From Octopus sinensis (taxonomy: Eukaryota): a stretch of 64,000 bases of DNA. Both the position numbers and the translations under genes were made by a program. Positions 1-10,601 of this stretch are shown piece by piece; the first letter of the stretch is position 1; each line of letters starts with the position of its first letter. The notes beneath the pieces are model-generated. The model was not told the origin of the DNA. It searched no databases and was given only the letters and a program-made list of their open reading frames with translations. The stretch spans positions 35,216,001-35,280,000 of the forward strand of contig NC_042997.1 in assembly GCF_006345805.1 (NCBI RefSeq), given 5' to 3'.

Positions 1-190
<190 letters not shown>

Positions 191-2820
191 GTATTTTTGT
201 GTGTCTGTATGTCTCCGGCTGATGTTATCGCCTAAATAATTGTCGGACAGAAACAGCCTAAAAAGTTTAAGAAACTTCAAATCTGTTCATGGATATAGGC
301 TTCTGGTATAACACTGAGTGAATTATATAATGTTTGCTAGAGATTCAATAAAAGATATATTTTATAAGATAGGCATCTCCTAACTAATAGATATTTTACT
401 TATCAAAAGTATACTAAATCGTTTTCACAAAAATGTGTCAAATTCCTCAAAACGATTTTGGATTTATATCAGAAATAACTAAATCAGATAACAAAAGAAT
501 TTTTTTTTTATTCTAAATTTGATTCGAAGCTAGATTTAAATTCTATTATTCTATTAATCGATTGATGAAAGTGAAGTTGAGCATGACAAAAAGATAGCAT
601 TGATGTTATGTTGGAAAATTTCTGGCTTTAAACGTCAGATTAAGTTTCCACGTAATTCACTGTATAAGATCTAAAAAGTAATGTCCCCAGTTTTAAATTG
701 ACTTCCGTTCCACAGAACCTAGACATCTTGTAGATAAATATTGTTCTTAATGACTGTCTACTGATAAAAGAAAGAAATATACATATATTTATATATGACT
801 TTTGAGGAATATACTGGATTTAATGCGCATAAGATGTTAGTTCCTATTACGATCGCACGTTTTCATCACTAAGAACTATCAACACTTCTATCAATATTTA
901 AGTTTATCGATATAGATTTTCTGTGAAATTATAAGCCAGCACTGAAAGTTACAACGTTTTGTTTATGAATACCTTTATGTAAACAATGCAGCTGAAGATG
1001 GAAAAATAGTTAACGGGTGTAGATGCATGTTTTAAGAGTTATTGCTCTTTCATCAGCATCGCATCAACTGACTACCACATCAACTATCCATGAAACATAG
1101 CTTGAATACCCACCAAGTTTAGCGGTGTAACACTATTGGACAGACCAATTTATACATGAAACACGTTACTAGAAGCAGGTACGTAAATATTAATTGCTAT
1201 CAAGCACACATCATATCGTTTTGCAACCGTAAAGTACTACAAAGAATGTAAACAAGTTTACAAGTCATTATTCTACCTCATTTTCTTTTAGCAGTGCGAT
1301 GTTTCCATTTTAAGTTTATTTCTACAGATTTTCTATAGACTTCAAAGCCAGCACTGAAAGTTGTGACCTTTTGTATAGGAATATGCTTAGTAAACAATGC
1401 AATCGAAGTTAGAAAAAATATTGGAAAACGCGTGTATATGAATATTTCAAGAATGATTAAAAATCAGGAAATTGCTATAGTCCTAAACAATAAACCAGCA
1501 AATCATTTTCTAGACAGATGAAACATAAGTGCTCTGAAAAAAAAAGAGGTAGTTTCCAAGAAATTATTGATTAGTCTTCAACTCTGTTCTAACTGGACCA
1601 GTGGATCGGAGAGAAAATGCAATTACATATGCGATTATAACATGAATATGTGTTGCATGGCCAAACGGACCAATGTTATCCCAATAGAAGTGTCTTTAAA
1701 CCATAGTAAGCGTTTGACAGCATTTCCTAATGTTTTTTTTTTTTGGTGACCAAAGTCCATTCTATAAATCTGGACTAGCTCTTTGTGTATGAAACATTGA
1801 CTTGAGCAGAACCATAGATTTAATAAGATGAAATTTTCTGAAAAATCAAAAATTTTTAAATAAAGTAAACTCGAAAATAAATACACCATTGTGTATTTTG
1901 CATCATAATCAGTGACAGCTATCTTTGATTTCCATATTTCTGTGCGTTTTAAAATACCAAACATTAATGAAAGAATCAATCATCAAAGAGAACATTTCAT
2001 TTTTGTCGCCTCGATATAGTATACTCAGCAATGAATTTTATTATTCATTGGCTTTGATTCAGTTCGTTAGGTTTCTTCACTAAAATATTGACATAAAGCT
2101 TTATTTTTGAATAACAGTTTCGATTAAATAAACAGCATTTATCTTCGTTAAGCTAAGAAATTCCAGTAAATGAAACTAAAACAAGGCTTTATATATAGAT
2201 GTAATTTATTCGACTAAGGAGTGAGGATAAAAGAAAATATATATTCGTTTATTACTTAGAAATTTCGCATTTTGGAGAGATGTGTGTTAAATAATCCGCT
2301 AGTATATCACTGATCGTACGCTAAAGGAGAACAAATTCTTCTCAGTGGTTTTAGCTGAGATATTACATATTCACGAAGAAATATTGAACTAAATAACCTG
2401 ATTTACTTAAAGGGAGACAAATATAACGTTCACGTTTCTCCCAAGCTGATTAGTTATATAACGGATTTAAAATCGAATAAACAGAAGCTGGTTTGGGAGA
2501 TCAGAACTTAACTGAGTACTGTGAGCCTAAATTAATTTAAAATTCATTTCTAACTTATGCAATTTTGAATGGATATTCAGAAAATTTAAGACCAGTAAAG
2601 ATATTGTACTCGAATTAGAGAGAAAATGCCTGACCTGCTTCGAATTGTTAACGAATTCAGTGTATTAGCTGTGGAGGCGACAACGGTGTGAACGATATGC
2701 GCAAAAAGTGTAAAGTATAGAAAGAATCTACCGACTATTGCTTTCACATATTAGCTTAAACCACATACCAGCGAATTCGGGAAGGGCACAAATCGATGGC
2801 AGCAACCGCAGTATTTCACA

Positions 2821-2964
2821 GGTACGTATTTTATTAACCCCCGAAATGATGAAAGACGAAGGCAAAGTCAACTTCAGTGGAATTTGAGCACAGAATATAA
2901 AGACGGACGAAATGTTGCAAAGCGTTTTGCCTAACACACTAACGATTCTGCCAGCTCGCCGCCT
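2821..2964 (-). mobile_element. tRNA-derived SINE, family B (GGCGGCGAGCTGGCAGAA head), partial and diverged
   Basis: Reverse complement matches the copies at 5645 and 15302 (A-box-like TGGCAGAATCG, degenerate B-box, GACTTTGCCTT...CATC segment). Confidence 0.75.
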
Positions 2965-3250
2965 TATAAGATTCTATTACTTGTTAATTGTAAATTTGCC
3001 CGTGTATCGAACGTTCTATCTATAACATGATTGTATATTTATTAATATACAGAAAAAATTATTTAAAATTATTAACACAATTTATTGCATTATAGTATTG
3101 GTTTAAAGTCAATGTTCTACTTCAGAAGAATCCTTTTAATACACATACACTGAAACGAAAGAGAAATTCCAGAGACATGACTCCTGTTTCATTATACATT
3201 TTAAAGGCAAAAATATGTTTAAATTGCTTATATAAAAATGTTATCAATAT

Positions 3251-3670
3251 AGGCGCAGGAGTGGCTGTGTGGTAAGTAGCTTGTTTACCAACCACATGGT
3301 TCCGGTTTCAGTCCCACTGTGTGGCACCTTGGGCGAGTGTCTTCTACTATAGCCTCAGGCCGACCAAATCCTTGTGAGTGGATTTGGTAGACGGAAACTG
3401 AAAGAAGCCCGTCGTATATATGTATATATATGCGTGTGTGTGTTTGTGTGTCTGTGTTTGTCCCCCTAGCATTGCTTGACAACCAATGCTGGTGTGTTTA
3501 TGTCCCCGTTACTTAGCGGTTCGGCAAAAGAGACCGATAGAATAAGTACTGGGCTTACAAAAGAATAAGTCCCGGGGTCGAGTTGCTCGATTAAAAAAAA
3601 AAAGGCGGTGCTCCAGCATGGCCGCAGTCAAATGACTGAAACAAGTAAAAGAGTAAAAGAGTAAGAGAGT
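3251..3670 (+). mobile_element. tRNA-derived SINE, family A (AGGCGCAGGAGTGGCTGTGTGG head, internal TA/TG microsatellite, (GTAAAAGA)n tail), full length
   Basis: A-box TGGCTGTGTGG, B-box-like GTTTCAGTCC and a CORE-like ACCTTGGGCGAGTGTCTT segment. The same sequence recurs at 22750, 46652 and 55777. Confidence 0.9.
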
Positions 3671-4267
3671 AATTGTTTATTTCTATATTTCTCTCTGCTC
3701 AAGATTCCGTTTGGTTATACTCAATATTCTACGCATCTCCTCAATTTCCAAAAGACCATCGTTTTGCATTAATGGTGCTGTGTTAAATTTACATCGTAGT
3801 ATGTACGCTAATGCTTCCTTTCATTAACATTTGTCGTTATATTTTTTTAAAGTATAATGCTAGATATTATTGCGTTGTTTTTGCTACATTTTCAACATAA
3901 TTTTATTACTCGTAGGATATCTTTCGGTTTACATTAAATTATTTTTCCTTGCAGATTTTATTGAAGTGTCTTTCGGACGGATTGAAAAAAAAAATCGATT
4001 GGATTTCTATAAATAAATAAATAGGGATGTTAATTTTTTTTTACAATTAAGTAGGATTATCTGCAAAAATGATTAGCGTTATAGAGCTGGCTCTACGTAG
4101 ATTAATTTCAAATCATATTTATTAAATCGGCCTATCTTTGGGTTAATGCTTACTTTCTCAATAACTAATTAAATGGACGATGTTATTACCATTTCATCAT
4201 TTAGATAATGAAAGTAAAGTAGGACACACTCCCTTCATGAATGTTTCTAGGCATACAGTCAGAAGTT

Positions 4268-4540
<273 letters not shown>

Positions 4541-4834
4541 GTGGAGGCGCAATGGCCTAGTGGTTAGGGCAGCGGACTCGCGGTCGTAGGATCGCGGTTT
4601 CGATTTCCAGACCGGGCGTTGTGAGTGATTATTGAGCGAAAACGCCTAAAAGCTCCACGAGGCAGAGGGGGGAGGGGTGATCCCTGCTGTACTCTTTCAC
4701 CACTCTTTCTTCTGTTGGCCTGCTCGCTTAGCCAGCGGGGTGGCGTCATTCGAAGGCTAAAACATTGCGAACGCATTGTGACCAGCGATGTGTAACAACG
4801 TCTGATGGTCAGGTCGATCCTGTGATCACGTGAC
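4541..4834 (+). mobile_element. tRNA-derived SINE, family C head (GGAGGCGCAATGGCCTAGTGG) with tail type 1
   Basis: A-box TGGCCTAGTGG and B-box GTTTCGATTTC. The head is shared with the elements ending at 18776, 19478 and 26629 and starting at 39967; the tail is shared with 27118-27226. Resembles octopus OR-type SINEs (from memory, unverified). Confidence 0.85.
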
Positions 4835-4866
4835 ATCGTATATATATATATAATCGTTTGCATTTG

Positions 4867-5003
4867 CCCCCCCCCCCCATCACTTCAAAACTGGTGTTGG
4901 TTTATTTACATTATCGTAACTTAGCGACAGAATAAATTCTAAACTTTAAAAATGTACTGGAGTCGAATTACATTACAACTCTTCAAAACGGTGCCTCAGT
5001 AGC
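4867..5003 (+). mobile_element. Diverged SINE family A 3' half
   Basis: GGTGTTGGTTTATTTACATTATCGTAACTTAGCG...CGGTGCCTCAG aligns loosely to 3485-3620. Confidence 0.55.
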
Positions 5004-5644
5004 TAAAAGTATGTGTTACCGTCGTTTTAATTGTTATATATGGGAATGGGAATGCTAACGTAATATGTATCACTATTTTAATTTGATAGCTTTCATTCCA
5101 TGCTGATTAAGATCACATGTCTCACGATATAGCGATTCTGCGTTATATAAATAAAATGAGAAACATACTAACTTCAGAAAATAGCGCTAATATATAATGG
5201 ATCAATTATATTATAGCAGCACTAACATATATACGTATTATATAATCCTTACAATACTAATCTTTAAAAATCATCTATATATAGAAATATAATAAGATAA
5301 GAGATTGCAACTGAAGTCGATAAAAGGGATGAATTTATAACAGAAGCAACATATACTTAGCAATTTTTGAACTATTTAGATCAATCAACATCAGCTGCTT
5401 CCTTATTTTGGTTCTAGGCTATTTATTTATATGACTTCGTAGTCAATACAAGAATATACAAGAACCTGCCACTATATTCGGGAAAGAAACTGTTTGTTTC
5501 AGTGAAGGTTTGTCTACCTCTCAGTTGAGTATCTTTTAATATGTTTATGCTTATACACATATACAAATATAAGTATAAAGAAACCTACATACATATGCAC
5601 ATACATACACGCGCACATAGATACGTACATACATACATAAAAAA

Positions 5645-5875
5645 GGCGGCAAGCTGGCAGAAACGTTAGCACGCCGGGCGAACTGCTTCGCAGTATTTCG
5701 TTTGCCGTTACGTTCTGAGTTCAAATTCCGCAGAGGTCGACTTTGCCTTTCATCCTTGCGGGGTCGATTAAATAAGTACCAGTTACGCACTGGAGTTGAT
5801 CTAATCGACTTAATCCGTTTGTCTGTCCTTGTTTGTCCCTTCTGCGTTTAGCCCCTTGTGGGTAGTAAAGAAATA
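5645..5875 (+). mobile_element. tRNA-derived SINE, family B, near full length
   Basis: GGCGGCAAGCTGGCAGAAACG head, GAGTTCAAATTCC B-box, and the CCTTTCATCC..GGGGTCGAT..AAGTACCAG central segment; multiple copies in the window. Confidence 0.88.
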
Positions 5876-6133
5876 CATACATGCATATATATATATATAT
5901 TTATATTTTTTTTTGTCAATTTAGGGTAGCAAAAAAATTCAATAGAAATTTATCGCTACCAGCGGCCTGGTGGAAAAGAGAAAATAGTCAACGACTAAAT
6001 ATATATATATAACAATTTAGGAATGACCCTAACAGGTCATTCGTCCACCAGAAAGAGCAGCCATAACTCACACCGCCAAGTAGTAGTAATTCAGAAATTA
6101 GGTGAAAATTTAAAAACATTTACCCCAATTCAT

Positions 6134-6233
6134 CTTTTAGACGTTGCAACGTTTCTGTGTCATTAATGATTAAATTAGCTTAATTAAATTAAATTAAGCC
6201 AATCTACCATAGGTTACACTTCATCAGTAAAAA
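6134..6233 (-). ncRNA. Type I hammerhead ribozyme
   Basis: Reverse complement of the motif at 7057-7156 (TCATCAG at 6221-6227; GAC at 6140-6142). Confidence 0.75.
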
Positions 6234-7056
6234 ACCTGGGAGAGACAAATATACACGAGGCGTCTGTATCGATGCCTACGGAATATAGTCTTAAAATTTT
6301 CAAGACTGACGTATTCGCGCCAAACTTATCAGCAGTAAATATAAACTGCCGATTCAATCTCAGAATTATTCAGAAAATTATCAATTAGTCAATTTAGGGT
6401 AGCAAAAAAATTCAATAGAAATTTATCGCTACCAGCGGCCTGGTGGAAAAGAGAAAATAGTCAACGACTAAATATATATATATAACAATTTAGGAATGAC
6501 CCTAACAGGTCATTCGTCCACCAGAAAGAGCAGCCATAACTCACACCGCCAAGTAGTAGTAATTCAGAAATTAGGTGAAAATTTAAAAACATTTACCCCA
6601 ATTCATCTTTTAGACGTTGCAACGTTAATTTAATTAAGCTAATTTAATCATTAATGACACAGAAACGTTGCAACGTCTAAAAGATGAATTGGGGTAAATG
6701 TTTTTAAATTTTCACCTAATTTCTGAATTACTACTACTTGGCGGTGTGAGTTATGGCTGCTCTTTCTGGTGGACGAATGACCTGTTAGGGTCATTCCTAA
6801 ATTGTTATATATATATATTTAGTCGTTGACTATTTTCTCTTTTCCACCAGGCCGCTGGTAGCGATAAATTTCTATTGAATTTTTTTGCTACCCTAAATTG
6901 ACTAATTGATAATTTTCTGAATAATTCTGAGATTGAATCGGCAGTTTATATTTACTGCTGATAAGTTTGGCGCGAATACGTCAGTCTTGAAAATTTTAAG
7001 ACTATATTCCGTAGGCATCGATACAGACGCCTCGTGTATATTTGTCTCTCCCAGGT

Positions 7057-7156
7057 TTTTTACTGATGAAGTGTAACCTATGGTAGATTGGCTTAATTTA
7101 ATTTAATTAAGCTAATTTAATCATTAATGACACAGAAACGTTGCAACGTCTAAAAG
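7057..7156 (+). ncRNA. Type I hammerhead ribozyme, predicted cleavage after GUC at 7150
   Basis: Stem I TTTTTA/TAAAAG; core CTGATGA (7063-7069); stem II GTGT/ACAC plus a long internal hairpin (GCTTAATT-TAATTT-AATTAAGC and its extension); GAAA (7135-7138); palindromic stem III ACGTTGCAACGT; C17. The base of stem II is a non-canonical A/A. Confidence 0.78.
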
Positions 7157-7529
7157 ATGAATTGGGGTAAATGTTTTTAAATTTTCACCTAATTTCTGAA
7201 TTACTACTACTTGGCGGTGTGAGTTATGGCTGCTCTTTCTGGTGGACGAATGACCTGTTAGGGTCATTCCTAAATTGTTATATATATATATTTAGTCGTT
7301 GACTATTTTCTCTTTTCCACCAGGCCGCTGGTAGCGATAAATTTCTATTGAATTTTTTTGCTACCCTAAATTGACTAATTGATAATTTTCTGAATAATTC
7401 TGAGATTGAATCGGCAGTTTATATTTACTGCTGATAAGTTTGGCGCGAATACGTCAGTCTTGAAAATTTTAAGACTATATTCCGTAGGCATCGATACAGA
7501 CGCCTCATGTATATTTGTCTCTCCCAGGT

Positions 7530-7629
7530 TTTTTACTGATGAAGTGTAACCTATGGTAGATTGGCTTAATTTAATTTAATTAAGCTAATTTAATCATTAA
7601 TGACACAGAAACGTTGCAACGTCTAAAAG
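7530..7629 (+). ncRNA. Type I hammerhead ribozyme, predicted cleavage after GUC at 7623
   Basis: Identical to 7057-7156, shifted by 473 bp. Confidence 0.78.
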
Positions 7630-8091
7630 ATGAATTGGGGTAAATGTTTTTAAATTTTCACCTAATTTCTGAATTACTACTACTTGGCGGTGTGAGTTAT
7701 GGCTGCTCTTTCTGGTGGACGAATGACCTGTTAGGGTCATTCCTAAATTGTTATATATATATATTTATATATATTTTTGTATATGTATATTATTATACAT
7801 GTATATAGTATCTCAAAGACCGTGAGTTTCGTACATTATCACTGCCAAAGCACGAAAATCTCGGACGTTGAGTCACTTTGTTGCTTCTCCTATATATATA
7901 TATATATTTCGCATCAAAACCTACACAGTTCTACAGGTGTGGAATTTCTAAGTTTCTTGACAGATGTAATGAAGTAGAAAGCGTAAGTTGTAGAAACGGA
8001 AATTATATTAACGATTAAATATTGTCATAATCATAGGCTTTTACATTTCAAAATCGGCCTTTATCTTTGCACCAACCTGATATATATTTTT

Positions 8092-8247
8092 TTACATTAT
8101 TTACATTATTTACATTTGACGGATATTTGTCCTCATCTTGTTTGTTGTTAACACAACGTTTCGGCTGATATACCCTCCAGCCTTTATTAGTTATCTTGGG
8201 GGAAATTTCGAACCTGGGTTCTCATTCCTAAGGTATTTTTCTATGTT
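8092..8247 (-). mobile_element. 3' tail of a tRNA-headed element carrying a decayed minimal hammerhead
   Basis: Minus strand reads ...ATAA CTAATAA A GGCTG GAGGGTATAT CAGCC GAAAC GT T GTGTT, with the core mutated from CTGATGA. Inverted homologue at 9818-9960. Confidence 0.7.
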
Positions 8248-8257
8248 GTTGTTGTTG

Positions 8258-8316
<59 letters not shown>

Positions 8317-8340
8317 ATAACTATTATTATTATTATTATT

Positions 8341-8879
8341 GAGTGAGAGAGCCGTTCATGCCATCAAAGTGACACTGGGGTAAAATATACGAAGCCCAAT
8401 ATACCCATCATGACTACCCGTCTGATAAGGGCACACCAGGCACATGCATCACAACCATATGTGTGCGACATGGTGATCTCATATCAAGATAAACAGCACA
8501 TGACCTTGCAGGTGGGGCCCAGTTAGAATTTTCTTCAGGTTGAGTAGCCCATCCCGCTCAAATGGTCCCTGAATAAGGGTTGTTTAAGGATGTTGAAAGA
8601 ACCACCCATGTTTCCAGAGGTGAATTATTCAAACCCCAAAGAATCCCTCTCAACACATGGCTATGATGCTCCCCCACTACTTCTGCTCGTGATCAGAGAT
8701 GCACACATCGTCAGCCACTAAGGGACATGCTCAACTGGTTAAGCTCAAACAACTGACAAGCAAATCTGTGGTATTGAGCAGAATATTTGCTGTAGCCCAT
8801 CTTTTATACCAAGACAAAACAATGTACATGATAACACCTCCAATCATTTAAGATCAGAAGCCATGAGAGCCACTGCCTG

Positions 8880-8880
<1 letters not shown>
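8341..8880 (-). mobile_element. Probable 3' end or non-autonomous derivative of a (TAA)n-targeted LINE
   Basis: Complex, higher-GC block flanked on both sides by (TAT)n. No ORF is recognisable, so the assignment rests on context only. Confidence 0.45.
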
Positions 8881-8926
<46 letters not shown>

Positions 8927-8929
<3 letters not shown>

Positions 8930-9506
8930 TAGTTTTATTTTTATAGCGTGCTTTCACTTCACTACCGAGCACAGCTCTGTGTGCCTTGGGTACGTGCTGT
9001 GATTTGTTGTGATGCTCTGATGGTTATTGTATGGAAAGTGTTCTGCGTAGGATGTGTGCAGTGCCTAGTAGTGCAATTTTCTGTATGTTATGTGTTTGTA
9101 AGTCCTGGTGTTTTTGTTATGTATTTGTCTGAATATGTTTTTATCATGCCTAATGCACCTACTATGATAGGAATTGTTTCTGTTTTCAGATTCCACATTC
9201 TAGTTACCTCTATTTCCAGGTCTTTGTATTTTGAGAGTTTCTCCATTTCTTTTAGAGACATGTTGTCATCAGCCGGTATTGATACATCAATTAGAAAGCA
9301 TTTTTTTTCTTCATGATCTCTGACAACTATATCTGGTCTGTTGGCCTTAATTTCTCTATCTGTGTGTATCGGCATATCCCAGAGTATGGTTGCTTTCTCG
9401 TTTTCTGTGACCTTTTCTGGTGTGTGCCTATACCATCTTTTTTCTGTTGTTATTCCATAATGTTGGCATAGCTTCCAATGTATGTAGGTTCCAACTCTGT
9501 CATGTC
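8927..9506 (-). mobile_element. 5'-truncated R4/Dong-clade non-LTR retrotransposon (restriction-like endonuclease C-terminus)
   Basis: Translates as RHDRVGTYIHWKLCQHY...ILWDMPIHTDREIKANRPDIVV...LIDVSIP...EKLSKYKDL...PIIVGALG, i.e. the RHD and PD..D/KY motifs of an RLE domain. It is inserted in a TAA repeat, as known for Dong. Confidence 0.9.
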
Positions 9507-9558
<52 letters not shown>

Positions 9559-9565
9559 TCTGTCA

Positions 9566-9629
<64 letters not shown>

Positions 9630-9633
<4 letters not shown>

Positions 9634-9704
9634 TCATTGCCTGGAATCGAATTCGGAATCTTGGGGTTACTAGCCCGCGCTCTTAACCACTACGCCATAT
9701 GCCC
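9630..9704 (-). mobile_element. tRNA-derived SINE head (Pol III A/B boxes)
   Basis: Minus strand GGGCATA-TGGCGTAGTGG-TTAAGAGCGCGGGCTAGTAACCCCAAGATTCCGAA-TTCGATTCC-AGGC. The acceptor stem is imperfect, so it is not called a real tRNA. Confidence 0.8.
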
Positions 9705-9731
9705 CTAATGATGATGATGATGATGATACGG

Positions 9732-9801
<70 letters not shown>

Positions 9802-9817
9802 TTATAATAATAACAAG

Positions 9818-10010
9818 AACATCGAAAAATACCTTAAGAATGAGAAGCTAGGTTCGAAAATTCCCCAGGACGCCTGATGAAGGCTGAAGGGTATATCAGA
9901 CGAAACGTGTTAACAACAAACAAGATGAGGACAAATATCCGTCAAATATAAATAATGTAAATGACGTAATAAATGTACATAATTCCTCACCTCTAAAATA
10001 TAGAATTGTA
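9818..10010 (+). mobile_element. Inverted copy of the hammerhead-bearing tail
   Basis: CTGATGA at 9874-9880, stem II GGCTG/CAGAC (one mismatch), GAAAC at 9902-9906; reverse complement of 8092-8247. Confidence 0.75.
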
Positions 10011-10064
10011 CAAACATGATATATACACACACACACAGAATACCTATATATACGAATATGTTCG

Positions 10065-10098
<34 letters not shown>

Positions 10099-10117
10099 TA
10101 TTTCTCAGTGTGTCTGT

Positions 10118-10155
<38 letters not shown>

Positions 10156-10562
10156 TAGTTGAGGAAATATTTGTTTGTTTGTGTAATAATCGATTACATT
10201 ACGCTCATCTAATTTTATAAATAACGATTTTTATAAATATCTTTCACTCTAAAAACACTTTATATATTACCCTGGTAGGAGACATTTTTATGCAGTACAC
10301 ACATAAGGGATATGGAACATTTTCTACAACGTCATAATACAGCAACATATAACAGTTTCATAGTTTCATTCAAACACAAATTGAAGAATAATATGAAAAT
10401 TACTAGAATAAGCAAACGCAAAATGAAAAATGCTTTTATTAAAAATCTGAACACATGAATGATATAAGCTGTTAATGGATATTGATTTTATTTTAATCTG
10501 CAGCTTCCTATTTCCGTTATCAATATTTTGGTAAATCTTAAAATGCATTCATAAGAAACAAA

Positions 10563-10601
<39 letters not shown>

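Larger units (their letters stand above)
5915..7770. mobile_element. Tandem plus inverted array of a 473-bp hammerhead-containing monomer (retrozyme or Penelope-like non-autonomous element)
   Basis: Period of 473 bp (GTCAATTTAGGG at 5915 and 6388; CTGATGA at 7063 and 7536). About 1.5 units in one orientation (5915-6626) and about 2.4 units in the other (6627-7770). Copies are nearly identical; I saw one substitution, near 7507. Confidence 0.85.

Noticed and set aside
5915-7770. CRISPR array or ordinary satellite
   Set aside because: There is no short repeat/unique spacer structure. The units are long, identical and carry a ribozyme motif, and the context is eukaryotic.
9630-9704. Possible tRNA gene
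   Set aside because: The acceptor stem does not pair well, the B box is mutated and it runs into a repeat tail; it is a SINE head.
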